Source: Phoronis australis
Taxonomy: Eukaryota > Animalia > Phoronida
Direction: 5' to 3'
NCBI GenBank assembly: GCA_002633005.1
Contig: NMRA01000031.1
Span: 1,504,858-1,568,857 of the forward strand
Length of the DNA stretch: 64,000 nt
The notes beneath the pieces were generated by a model. That model was given only the letters and a program-made list of their open reading frames with translations. It did no database searches and was not told where the DNA came from. This document shows positions 13,250 to 26,600 of the stretch, piece by piece (within the stretch, counting starts at the first letter, position 1; the number at the start of each line of letters is the position of its first letter). The translations under genes and the position numbers were made by a program.

Positions 13250-14034
13250 CTTTACTACTCATCCTAGTCAATAATGTATTTCTAAGAAAAAAATCCTGCG
13301 CAGCGATTTGAAAGAAGCAAAAACCTTCAGGTTTAACTACATGGATTTATCCAATCAGGGGTGACGACGGGGGAGGGAATGGCATTATGCAATTGGCGGT
13401 GAGCGGAATATTCCCTTCACCCCTTGTCGAAAGGCACAAACACCTTTCCCTTCAATGAACGAGCGGACTGAGGGCAAAGAGCAAGAAGTCGAAAATCGAC
13501 CCCATACGTGCTCTTCTCATTTGGAACTGTACTCCGGCATTTGGTGAATGTCATGAAGTTTGTTTGAAAATTTGAATAGTTGCAATATGGCCAAAGGCAT
13601 ACATGTTCTAAATAGCCATAAGCGCAGTGCGCCAGAATATTGGACAGGCTGCTCTTGTTATCATGTGCTTCTTGAAAAAGATATCCGCCAAATGTACCTA
13701 AGATTCTACTTAGAACTTGATGCCAAAGAAAATGAATTTGAACGTTCAGTAGAGCGCACATAACCTTGAGCTGCACAGAAGTGAGAATCGATACCAGGTA
13801 TACTTTCAGAAACACGAACGCTAAATTCCATGACAAGTCTTCAATTTATTAGAGTGTTAAAAAGGCGGACGAACGAATATCATGCTGCCGTAATAGATTG
13901 GGTCGAAAGGGCGCGAAACACAACTGCCAAATTTTGTTAAGGGATTTTAAAGACATATACAGAATAAGCAGAAACAAAGTCACAAATTGTTTTTTGTTTT
14001 CTTTTCTCAAATGTTATCTGAAAATTTTCAAGGG

Positions 14035-14240
14035 CGAAACACACATCTACACGTGTGTAAGTCTCCGCATATAAAGATATACAGTGGCAACACATATCCA
14101 CACGTGTGTATGTTTTCGCATGTAAAGATAGACTGTGGCAACATACATCCACACGTGTGTAAGTCTCCGCATATAAAGATAGAGTGTGGCAACACACATC
14201 CATCCGTGTGTATGTATTTGCATATAAACTTACAAGTGGC
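14035..14240. repeat. 60-bp minisatellite, ~3.5 copies
   Basis: Unit approx. GTGGCAACACATATCCACACGTGTGTAAGTCTCCGCATATAAAGATAGA..., repeating with a 60-nt period. Confidence 0.9.
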
Positions 14241-15474
14241 AGTTTGCAACTGAAGCGTGTGAAAAATCAATCATATAGGCTCGTAGTTTGTTACGGTCGA
14301 CGACTCGAATTATAATATTATGGCATGTTATGTCGTTCATGAAGACACCGAGCTCGTGCAATGTCTTGACAATTGTAGCGATGTCACGCCCGAGGGTTAC
14401 CCATGTATCTGCACGAAAACAGTTAGTTCCAGTCTGAAGGAAGGTGAATAGATCACCAGCCGGCCCCAAGTAGTCCATCACCAAGCCATACCGCTGTTCG
14501 CCATCGTGCAGGTGGTCAACGATTCCATACGTCCACGGGACAAAGCCAGTACTGCGCAACATGTCGTAACACACGTACTCCTTGAAAGTTCGTCGGTAGT
14601 CAGTATCCAGAGAATCTTTGACGCACACTTCCCTGACGTGACCAGTAGGTGTCACATAATGACCTAGATAAACGACCCCACAGGCCCCACCACCTACACA
14701 TATGGGTTCACAGCTGCCATCTTGTGTGAATGAATAGTGGAAGCTGTGAGGGTCTATGAACGGATCATCTAGCGGTGTTTTCGTGGGGATATCACCGAGT
14801 TCAGTCTGTGGTCGCGAAGCACATAAACAAAAAACAAGTGGTGGCGCCCCTTCTTGTATTGAATGCAATGGCTGATGGATAGAATGTACTGGTTTGCTTC
14901 TTAAACGTTCACGTGAATCCTTGGGTTCAAATTTCACAATGGTGTCGTTGGAAGACTTTAGTATTTGTATTACATTGCTCGATTTTTGACAGCCGTTAGA
15001 TGGACAAGAACTGTTGGTTGAAGGAGTGCCATCGTGACTTGTCTTACTAGCCAATTGCAAATGTTCAATGTCTTCATCTGTTGTGTTGGTATTGTCTTGA
15101 ATCTGTGAAGACACACTGTTGTAACAACGTGGGGGATAAGGGCAACAAGGACAACATAAAAACACCTTCTTTATCATAAACACAGTGAGGCATACCTGAC
15201 GAACATATAACGTAATTGATTTCGGTGACGTCATGTCGCAGAAGCAAAATGTTTGTAAGGTCATAAAAAGCATAGTGGGTTCTGGTATACACGGCATACT
15301 TGAAGACCTGCGCTCACCAAAAAAAAGAAAACGCCCGTCCACATCAGTTTCAAACGAAGTATCGCGTTTATTGACAATTACCTGTAAAACATGCACTGGG
15401 TAATGCTCGAAAAGACCACAGACATAGATTTTATTGAATAACGACGGTATCTGCGTAGCAGAACCTATTACCAC
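14230..15474 (-). CDS. Divergent eukaryotic-type protein kinase, subdomains I-VII (possibly spliced; possibly pseudogene/pseudokinase)
   Basis: Gly loop VGGGACGVVY, VCVK, helix-C Glu (FKE), hinge LVMDY, catalytic loop MNDITCHN, DFS for DFG. The ORF ends 9 codons after DFS, at a consensus donor (CACTT|GTAAGT, exon end 14234). The true start is uncertain. Confidence 0.8.
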   Translation of the reverse strand: MVIGSATQIPSLFNKIYVCGLFEHYPVHVLQVIVNKRDTSFETDVDGRFLFFGERRSSSMPCIPEPTMLFMTLQTFCFCDMTSPKSITLYVRQVCLTVFMIKKVFLCCPCCPYPPRCYNSVSSQIQDNTNTTDEDIEHLQLASKTSHDGTPSTNSSCPSNGCQKSSNVIQILKSSNDTIVKFEPKDSRERLRSKPVHSIHQPLHSIQEGAPPLVFCLCASRPQTELGDIPTKTPLDDPFIDPHSFHYSFTQDGSCEPICVGGGACGVVYLGHYVTPTGHVREVCVKDSLDTDYRRTFKEYVCYDMLRSTGFVPWTYGIVDHLHDGEQRYGLVMDYLGPAGDLFTFLQTGTNCFRADTWVTLGRDIATIVKTLHELGVFMNDITCHNIIIRVVDRNKLRAYMIDFSHASVANCHL

Positions 15475-15602
15475 ATACAGATGAACAGAAACATCACTAA
15501 AACATGTGACTGAAAAGACGAAATTAAACTACCGAATAACGATGACGTTTCAGAGTTAAAACACAACGGAAAAAGAACAACGCACTAAACGAATGAAAAG
15601 AC

Positions 15603-16216
15603 GAAATTAAAAACAATTGATCGTGCGCGCAAAGACGCAAGTTCATACACGTGTCCTGCATATCAAAATCGCACAGATGCAAATCATTGTTTGTCGCACC
15701 CTTTCGACGTACCTTTCAACACTCCCACTCGGGAGGATAGGTCCAATTTCTGATTCAGACACTCAAACCTCGAACTCATCGCCTGGCCACGGACAGATGC
15801 GTGCCCAATTTTTTTCTTTGTCTTTTTTTGAGTTTCCATTTACGAAGATCCGCCGATCTATCGACATAGCTCCACAGCTTCGCTACCTTCAACTGCAACG
15901 TCATGTTGTAATTCCACTGCCACCAGTCATCAGATCAAGAGAACGTTTCAATTTCCATTCTGTCGTCGCCGTAAACCCCGGTTGTCATGACAATTTTGTT
16001 TTGCTCGCCTCAAATGACGCAGTATACACTAGAACACCAATAAAATTTACGCAGTTTAATAGCTGACTGGGCCCATAACGTATTGGATAACGAAAATGAA
16101 ACTTTAAGGAAGAAATTAAAACTGATCGTTTACGCAAAGACACCATTTCATACACTTGTCTTGCATATCAAAATAGCACAGATGCAACTGATTGATCGTC
16201 ACATTTTGTCTATGTA
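15603..16216. repeat. ~105-bp diverged direct repeat pair (15603-15710 and 16112-16216)
   Basis: Shared GAAATTAAAA..TGATCGT..CGCAAAGAC..TTCATACAC.TGTC.TGCATATCAAAAT.GCACAGATGCAA. Confidence 0.8.
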
Positions 16217-16569
16217 TAATTTCAAACATAAACTTGTGTTTAAGAGGACACATGTTCCTACATACAATGTATACAACGCACTGTATATCACATTTCAGCA
16301 GCCCGTCACTCGAAGAAGTATGTTATAAAACCTCGGGTCTTTCATTTCATTTTCCAAATGTGTCAGTGGTCACTAATGTCCTGCGTTGAACACTTGTGCA
16401 GGATGACGGTTTCTTCGGCCACCATCTAATGAATATAGTGATTAACGGATTTCAACGTGTTTCGTTGCGCGACATGGTTTTTTGACATCATAATGGTACT
16501 TTGGTTGCCGCCGCAGATAGCACGAAACTCAAGTTCCTGCGAAGCAAACAACACATTCAGACAAAACAT

Positions 16570-16718
16570 CTGGGCTGAGCTGCATAAAGCTTCAAAAGTT
16601 ATTCGCTGGATAAGTTTGATTGTTGCATGACGTCAGGTGCAACAATAACAACGTGGCGCGCGATCATATGACATCATTGTTGCTATACGGCGTATAACTT
16701 CTATGCAACTGGGTCCAG
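16570..16718. mobile_element. Small Harbinger-like MITE
   Basis: Imperfect TIRs CTGGGCTGAGCTGCATAAAG / CTTCTATGCAACTGGGTCCAG with CWG at the ends. Confidence 0.45.
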
Positions 16719-17653
16719 GGCTTTAGGCAACTCAGCCCAGGTTAGACTAATTCGAAACCACCTCAAGTCTTGTTCAGATTACACCTAAATCCGCTAACTG
16801 GAAGTCACAGCGTCACCTTAGTATAAGTCCACCTTAAGTTGCACTGAAAAGTCATAACTAAAGATGTCCTCGAGCTCACCTTAGCACACCTCATCTGTCA
16901 AGGATTAAAAATACCAGTCGCGATGTGCGATTAGTTATTAAGAACATATTCTTATGGTTGAATTTTTCATTGTTTATATGACTATTGATAGCATTGTTGT
17001 CGAGTTTTTGTTATAATTATTTTCATTTTACTGCTATTACTTTTTTACCTCAGCAGTTAGCGTAGTTCCCGTGTGGTGGGTGAGGTTTTGAGGCGCAGCC
17101 AATATTTATTTGGTCGGGAAATGGATTTGGTACATGTATCGTGATAATTCATAAATTTCCCTACATGTATTTCTTATTCTTTTTTTTAATAAAAATACGT
17201 ACTCATTTTTTCGATATTGATGAGAAATGACTTTAAGCCCAATTTTGCATGTGCGGGAAACCAAGACAAATCGCATATGTACCAGAGCGTTGTTTTCGGT
17301 AGTTACTAGCCACTACATGTATTTCAAACAACTGAAGTATCATGTGCTTTGCATATAGAAATATAAAAATTAAAACCCATCGGAAAATTCTCCAAAATCC
17401 ACTCGGGCTCTGGATAACGGGGGATAACGACTTCGCTATGTAGTAATCTATATACATGTATATCAGTATTTCGTATTTGTATACGAAGCTTGAATTGCTG
17501 ACAGACAACTAAGTCGTGGTCAGAAAAAATCAAATACCCAGACATAGAGCATGACTCGAGGATGAGCTGAAGACGTCGTAGCATGTCCAGCACGTGAGGA
17601 TGACGCAAATACACGCAAATCAATTTTTCGTCATTTTAATCAGTTCTCTTCAA

Positions 17654-20600
17654 ATGTCGGAAACAAACAGTGGAAGGCCGTCGCTAACAGATGAGTGAGT
17701 CAAACCAAACAGGTTAACTATATTATACTTGTACACTTCCGTTGCTTTTTCTGAACCCCTAATTTTTTTCGGTAACAACTTCGTACAATGACAACACTTG
17801 CAGTTTGTCAATTCTCAGGTTAGCAAATACTGAGCTCTTAAACAGAGCTGAAGGTCCACTGGAGGGATTTTCACCACTTGGTGAAATGGATATAAAACAA
17901 AAGAATGGGACACGTTTAGGAAACCGCAAAATGTCTTACCGGAAGGAAAATTCTTGTTCAGTAAACAGTGTGTTAATACTAACCAAATCAAATTCCCTTA
18001 AAGGAGAATGCCACGCGATTTAATTAGTATTTTTTAACCGTCTTAATCGGTCTTTATCCGCATCACCTCCTATACGATCGATCTTACCTCACCGAGAGGT
18101 GTCGCGTTAACCTGTGAGGAAGGTGAGAAACGACACAGCGACGTCAGTGGTTCTTCAGCAGAGTGAGTGCCGTTATGGTGTGGTGTATCGTTCCCGCTTG
18201 TTCGAACTATGAAGCTGCTGGTATATCGTTTCCTCGAGAGGCCATTATGTTTCGGAAGTGGCTCGTGGTAGTGAAGAATCAAAAGTACGCCGTTAATACA
18301 AAGCATGAGGCCGTGAAACTTTTCCGTGTCTGTCAGTGACCTGCACTTCGTCGGATCGGTTGTTGATCAGTTTTTGATTATGGAGAACTGTAGTTAGCCA
18401 TGGAAACATAAACAATTGCAATTAATTCAAGGCGTGAGAGCATAACGTTTCATATAACCTGTTTGATGACTGACTCATTCGTTAGGCTTCTGTTTGGTGG
18501 TCATCTTGGTGTTGGATGGTAGTCGCCACCTCTTTTTCTCACCCTAAAAAACGTCGTAAGCACACCTTTTTAGATGCTGTGCAAAATCAGGATGGTTCGT
18601 GAGACAGATCTGCGCTTTTCCAAGAATTCATTTCGCTATCGTGGCAGCAAACGCAAGCGTCAGTCGTTCCATTATTGTGCAGTTGTCTCACTGACACCAT
18701 GACAAGTTCAAACGGTTTTTGGAACTATTAATATGTTCCGTTGTCTATGCACGTTCATGGAGCCTCTCTGGGATTTCTTGATCAGTGTATTTCTGTGGAA
18801 CCTAACAATCGACCTGACGTGAAGTCTTCGTCGGAGGAGCATTCGTCTTAGTCGGGATTGCAGTTCAAACGTTGACATTTATATTGTGCGTTCTGTTTGC
18901 GAAATGACTTATTCTCATCCTAACCAATGCTTATATCAAACTGATACAATTTGTAATACCTTAAAGTATTCGTGAGTGCAAATGTTTTGAGAAGCCAGCA
19001 ATGAATAAATCACACCGTTACCGGATTTAGATGCAATAAACGGCGGCTAATTGACCGCGGGCACCGAGGCCCGGTGTGAGCGCATGGTAATTCAGTGTTC
19101 GCTGACAGAAAGCTGTCGTGAAACAATAACTCCATTTTATATCCTATGTTCAGATGTTAGGGAAATCTTTATTTAGATATTCATATACATTTCTCGTATT
19201 ATTGTTACTGTACAACTTTTGCCCTGACGGTTCTGTGGAAGGGTAACCTGACTTCGCGGCCCCCGACGAGCTAGTAAGTATATTTGCAGTTTTGCGGCTA
19301 ATTCACCAATGAAACTAATCAGCGTGCACATTTTGTCTTTGGCTCTCTGGTATATTTTTTGTGACTGGAAATTTAGTTTCCAACTTTGGCTGATTTATGT
19401 TTGTGATGTCTTCAGTCCGGCAGCGAGATGGGCCTGATCGGGTTCCGAGCCACTGGCCGGGATAGCGTTTTGTGTGTTTAGAACTGAAAAATTCGCAAGT
19501 CTAAAATTACAACACGCAGCTATGTTCTCCAGTCCGTATTTCAGGAAGAATAATTTGAATTTATCACCAAACAGACCCCAAACTCCAGCGACCGACCTTG
19601 CAGTGAACTGGCCTACCAAACTTTGTAGGCTACGGTACTTTCAAATACCTAAAATCCGTAACAACGAAATGAAATAACAAGTCTGTAAGGTTTTTACATC
19701 GAATTTTGATGATTTATTGGTGTAAAACGATGAATTGAAGCGATAAGCTGAAACCAGTAAACGTGTTATGAACTGCTGAACAGACTGCATTCGAACCTCT
19801 GACGCGTCATTCATGTTGGTTAATTTCAACACCTCCGTCTGCGCGTGCGTATTACTGGAATTATTATTTGAAGTTACTGACAGCAACCCGTTTACCAATA
19901 TGAAACGGAATTCTTTAAAATTGTAGGAGAAATTACATATTAAATTTTTGATGACCTTTACACTAATTGACCTCTTCCGGTGCATTATGAGCCCCGACGA
20001 GGGAGTAACTGTTAACTCGATTAAAAGTGTGGTTAATGCTAATAATCACAGATGTTTTACATTAAGCACTTCAAAATACAAGATGAATGAAGTGGTCAAA
20101 CTTTCAGAAAAAAATGCACCTAATGACCCATGGGTGCACCAAAGGACCTGAAAATTTAGAATTCATACTCAATTGCACTTAGTAAGCAGATACGTAATTC
20201 TGAAGTCTCTAGCTCAAGATTTTAGTTTGCACTCAATGACCTTTGACCTATTTTTCTGATTGGTTAGGCCTATTGCAAAGTAAAGTAGGGTATTTAATTG
20301 GCGTGTTGATTTACACCAGTGTGCTGAAATTGAAAAGAATTCCTTGAAAAACGTAAAAGATATAACATTTTGAACGTTACATGGCCTTTGCACTAATTGA
20401 CCTTATCCGGTGCATTTTAAGCATCTTTAGGAGAATTATTGCAAAACCCATGGAAAATGTGTTTAACGCTGAGAATCACAGTTGTCTAACGGTTGACACA
20501 TCAGAATACTTGCTGATTGAAAAGGTCAAATTTTCAGAAGAAAAATGCACCTAATGACCCCATGTTTGCACCAAATGACCTGAAACTTGGGATTCCGATT

Positions 20601-23600
20601 TGATTTACATGTGGCTATCAGACCTGTCAATTTGAAGTGTCTAACTCAAAATTTTAGTTTGCACCTAATGACCTTTGACCTATTTCACCTGATTGCATGA
20701 CCCGATTACTTAGAAAAGTAATTTTTAAAATTGTCATGTTGACTTATACCTGTGTACCGAATTTGAAAAAGATAGCTTTAAAACTGAGGGAGGGGTAGCA
20801 TTTTGAAAATTATATGACCTTTGCACCAAACTACCTCTTTCGGTGCAATATGAAATATGATTATATAACCAATCAAAATTTATATACTGTCAAAAGTCAT
20901 ATGCTGAATTTAAAGACCGTACCTGCACCCAATTTGGAGTTATTAAGCCTCAAAGTTGGTCGGAAGAAGAATAAGAAGAAGAATAAAAATAAGAACTAGA
21001 AAGATTATTGTCACGGCGTGAAAATAACGGACTCTGAGCGTGCGTATTACTGGAATTATTATGGAAAGTTACTGACAGCAACCCATTTACCAATATGAAA
21101 AGGAATTCTTTAAATTTGTAGGAGAAATTACACATTAATTTTTTGATGACCTTTCCACTAATTGACCTCTTCCAGTGCATCATGAGCAGCGATGAGGGAG
21201 TAATTGTTAACTCGATTAAAAGTGTGGTTAATGCTAATAATCACTGATGTTTTACTTTAAGCACTTCAGAATACAAGATGAATGAAGTGGTCAAACTTTC
21301 AGAAGAAAGACGCACCTAATGACCCCATGGGTGCACCAAATGACCTGAAAATTTAGAATTCAAACTCAGTCGCACTTAGTAAACAGATACATAATTCTGA
21401 AGTCTCTAGCTCAAACTTTTAGTTTGCACTCAATGACCTTTGACCTATTTTTCTGATTGGTTATGCCTATTGCAAAGTAAAGTAGGGTATTCAATTGGCA
21501 TGTTGACTTACACCAGTGTACTGAAATTGAAAAGAATTCCTTGAAAAACGTAAGAGATACAACATTTTGAACGTTTCATGACCTTTGCACTAATTGACCC
21601 TATGCGGTGCATTATAAGCGTCTTTAGGAGAATTATTGCAAAGCCCATGAAAAATGTATTTAAGGCTAAGAATCACAGTTGTCTAACGGTTGACACATCA
21701 GAATACTTGCTGATTGAAAAGGTCAAATTTTCAGAAGAAAAATGCACCTAATGACCCCATGTTTGCACTAAATGACCTGAAACTTTGGATTCCGATTTGA
21801 TTTACCTGTGGCTATCAGACCTGTCAATTTGAGGTGTCTAGCTCAAAATTTTGGTTTACACCTAATGACCTTTGAAATAATTTCACCTGATTGGATGACC
21901 CGATTACTTAGAAAAGTATTTTTTTGAATTGCCATGTTGACTTATACCTGTGCACCGAATTTGAAAAAGATAGCTTTAAAACTGAAGAAGGAGTAGTATT
22001 TTGAAAATTATATGACCTTTGCACCAAACGACCTCTTCCGGTGCAATATGGAATATGATTATATAACCAATCAAAATTTATATACTGTCAAAAGTCATAT
22101 GCTGAATTTAAAGACCGTACCTGCACCCAATTTGGAGTTATTAAGCCTCAAAGTTGGTCGGAAGAAGAATAAGAAGAAGAATAAGAAGAATAATAAGAAG
22201 AATAAGAATAAAATTGAAAAAAACCCAGGAACAACAGTACTCTTCGCTTACACGCGCAGAGTAAAAAGTGAATAAGATCTTTGGAAGAGATTGATTTGCG
22301 AGCAGCTTTATACAATTTATTAATTTTGGAGATGAATGTGTTCGTATCACAATTTCGACGCGTGCAGGTTAATATTCGATGTCAATTCAAGTGTGATGCC
22401 ATGCGCGCACCCAGCCTAAAATAGGAAGAGGGTTCGAATTTTTGAGATTTTACAAATATTCATGGGCTACGTTCAGAGCTATGAATTGTGCATTCGCCGA
22501 ATTTTGATAGTTCCTGCATTTTTAATGGACTTTTGTCTCATTTTCTACTTTATTCGGAATTTTTTTTTCTCTGAGGCTGATCGTTTTGCCCACTTGGCCA
22601 AATGGGGGCTCGTTCAAGTCCCTCGAGCACCCTATGTGCGCGCCACATGTGTGTGTATGGCTTTTGATTCTACACTTCAATGTGGGACTTCCAACCCTTA
22701 TTTACGGGTTGGTAAATTCTCAGGTCTGAGCCGTACTGATCTAAAAAAAATTACATGAGATCAACTCAGCACCAGATCGTAAATCTAGGGTTACGCGAAG
22801 ATAAAGCAACGGGAAGTCTGCTGCACACGCCAGCGAATGCTCAGAATGCGCAACCGGTAACCAGTATTCTGCATCGCCTTTGCAAGGTGGAATTGCGTGT
22901 AGCGTACACCCTAGAAACCCACAAAACGTTTTTACTTGGCGAAATAAATTTCGCCAAGTATGTTGGTCTTCCATCAAGTTTCTGTTTGTAATTTTCTTCC
23001 GATCATCACGAAAATTACACATAACACGTAGTTCCGGAAGTGCTGGAAGCCCATTGCTTTTCTTCATAATCGGATCCATTTTGTTTTTGATTAAAGGTTC
23101 AAATGCTTCTGGAGGCTACAATTGTTTACGTAAAAGGCTAAGAATCGGCACAGTAAGTGGACCGGAAGTGTGCTACAAGTATACCGGAAGTTGTTAACTT
23201 CCGGTTAAAGATGGCGCAAATATCGGCGATCGTGCATACGCACCTCGATTTTGGCCTAAAAACGTTTTCTAGTGTAGAGGGCGCATTATAAGGCCAATTC
23301 CTTCGAATTTTTGCAGGTGTTAGTTTCTTGTAACATGCTATTGTACAGAGCCATTAAACCGGAAGTTGCTATCAAGATGGCGGATATGGCGCATGTTGAC
23401 TTATTTTCAGTCGTGCTGGAGTGCGATTTTAAACGGGATGAGAGAAAGACATGATTTTTTGCATGTGGATTCTTTGAAGTATAGCCTTTCTAATGACTTA
23501 TAATTTTTTTTCTCAGGCTTACCGTTTTTGAGTTATTCGACTTTGAAATTCATAAAAAACGCAAAATTTCATTTTTTTTCGAAAAAATTAAGGAAGTAAG

Positions 23601-26600
23601 CGATACAGGGGTGTCAAGGGAATCCGGCGCCCCCTTCTTTTCCCTTGATTTGAGTGATATCAAATTCAGACCCCACTTTTTAAAAAAATCCTAGATCTGA
23701 CCCCCGTTTAAAAATCATGGAACCGCCCCTGCAGTGCTGCCGAATCCAAGAGCGGCCGGAGTTCAGTCGCGACACGTACATATGTACGTAACCTTTTCGT
23801 AAAAAGCGCTTAAAGCACAACAAGAAGCCTAAATGGTAACAGTGGAACATCTTGTCGTATTAATTTTGCACAAATTCACGTAACTAGCGCGTAAAATTTG
23901 CCTACAATTCTGCATTTCGATAATACGTCTGGCCTGGTAGTGCCAGTTTTAATTTGCAAACTATTCATGGGGCGAGTACCGACGTGGGGTTAAAGGCACA
24001 CGATTTAGATTGATGAGATTCTGTTCTTTCAACTGAATTTTGCCCTCAGACTAAAATGATACTCTAATTAGGTCCTTTACACTAATGAAATTGGTCTCGC
24101 AATATTGTTTACTGTGATAGAACTCCATTTTCATTACCACTTTTAAGTCTGTGACTGAAAAGTCACAAACAATGCATTTCGTAAAGTTAGGGCAATCTTC
24201 GATAAACTCTGAAATATTTTACGTGTCGCTGATGGGCTCGATCTTAGTTGGTGACGGAAATAGAATGATGTTACGATTACGTGTTTAATTACTTTTAGTT
24301 CATGGTAATGTGAGACCCAATGTTGTTTGTTGTTTTTAAGCTAGCTAAACAAGGCGAAATGCAGCTTGGACTGCAATCATTTTAAAGGATACATGTACAC
24401 GTGTGCAAGAGTTGGTATATTGTTGTATGATCTAGTTACGCATCCTCCCCATGTGAGCATGAATTAGCGGTATACTGTATTACCAGCCACGTGGTGGTGA
24501 AGATTAAATTATCTGTTGCAACAGCGAAAGCTGGTGAAACTCCTGTCACTTGAGACCGAACATTTATTTATTTTCTAGAGATCTTAAGGGCCAAAATCCT
24601 TCACGGTGGTTTTCGAAATCTTTGACCAAGTCCAGCACGTCGGGTACACTTGGCAGTCACCAGTTAAAGGTAGGATTAGCCATTGTGAATATCATTTACT
24701 GTATTTAATGCAAATCATAAGCATAAACCGCAAATACAATGGAATTAGTTAACAGTTGAATGGAGTGGGCACAAATTCACCGTCATTAATTACACTATAG
24801 TAACCTAATTAGACAACAAAAATATATCGTAACCGGCAATATGTTCACGCTACGTGGCTTCTCCCACGGCATTCGAAAGTGTGCTGCATTCTTTGAAGAC
24901 TACGGCTTGAGCTTTCCTGCCAACTGTTGTTTAGTCCACCAGATTTTAGGCGACGTTTACTCCAATAGCTAGTGAGAAAAGAAACTTAAACTGATTTAGG
25001 TGAAAAGTAAATGTTAAGTCCTAGATGGAAGAGGCTATGTCCTACGAGTGTCTGCTCTTAGAGGCACACCCAGTGGTCTAAGAGACCTGCAAATACAACT
25101 TCAGTTTAGGGTCCGTTTCATTAAAAGTAACTTTTAAGACTTAAAGTGGCCTAGAAATTGAAAAACAGACTACAATTTGCATTGTTCAAGGTGGTTCCCT
25201 GTCACTAAAACAGAAATCGGGTGTTTTTGCGGTTAATACGTCAATATTTGGAATTTCTGTTGATGTCAAAGCAATTTTCATTCAGTTTCAAATTTAAAAA
25301 CAAAGCATGTGTCAGCTGCTCGTCATTTCGTCGATTTTTCTATCACACGATAAAGCATCTCTCCTTATTTAATTTGGCATAACATTTCCCTAAATGGAAA
25401 GGGTGACCTTTGAACTTTCATGTAAACAAAATACGCCCAACTACACTTCTGAAATGCTCCCAGCTACTACGCTATGGTCAACATCATCACTATCCTTACC
25501 TTATTGTTCATGTCGCAGGTTTGTAATCGCAATCGCAATGGCGAGCAGACGCTTGAGAACCAGATTGCAAAGACCGGTCACACAGGTCTAAGATCAGCTT
25601 TTGCTATTTCAGTTGACCGAAGTGGCCAGCCAACAGGTGGACCAACACGACAAACCATTGATGGTGTTGATTGTATCGACTCCACTAACATTTTGCGTCT
25701 TTCTGTTCTTTCACATTATCCTTCCACATTCAAGTAAGTAGGGTGCGCACAGGACAGGATGAAGCGCCACCACTGACCTTTTTGCGGATAGCGAAAACGA
25801 GGCGAGCGCATCCCAATAGGAGCGCTCTAATCCAGAATAAAATTAAGTGTCACTCAAGCGACCGTCTTCTCGGAAAGCTGTCAGATGAGTTGAGATATAT
25901 GCTACTTGTTTATTCATTATGTATGATGAACTGAACCTCACGTTGGTGAGATACTATTAAAATGAAATGGCCTCTACAGAGCATAAAATTCACGTCAGCT
26001 GGCGGTGCTGATTAGAACGATCGCTATCCAAAAATTCTGTATAGATGGCGTTTTCGTTGTCCGTAAAAGGTCAAAAGGGCCGTCCGGGGTTACACGGCTA
26101 TGGCACTCTCCTTTGTCCCGGACATACGAAAGCGCGTGACCTCGGTTTGAAAATTAGGCACATTTTCGCAGATCAGGTTGGAGACCGGCGAGTTGCATAG
26201 CCGTGGAATTATTCCTAATTTCAACCGTCCATTAAGTACCAAATCTGATCGGGTATCTTCAAGAACGGGAATTCTGTTCGATTCAAAGTTAACCCGACGA
26301 CTCAGTTTTACCCACTCGCTTCGCATAATCTTATCTCTCAGTGATGTTGGGAAGACAAAAAATTTCACTTCACCCATCCACATGAATTTGTCAGTTTATC
26401 AAACAATATCACGTCGGAGTTGCAGCCCGCAGCACAGCAGTAATACTTTTGTTGGCATTGGAAGGATGAATAGAGAAATGCAAAGAATCAGACAACAACG
26501 AAGAACATGTGGATCTCCAATGGCACAAAAACGAGGCAGGAAATGTGCCTGATTCATGCTTATAGCATTGTGGGTAAGTACAGCGAGATCCGAGTGTCGC

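Noticed and set aside
20814-22275. Duplicated Lys/Asn-rich small ORFs
   Set aside because: Translations of the (AAG/AAT)n tract inside the tandem Helitron-like repeat.
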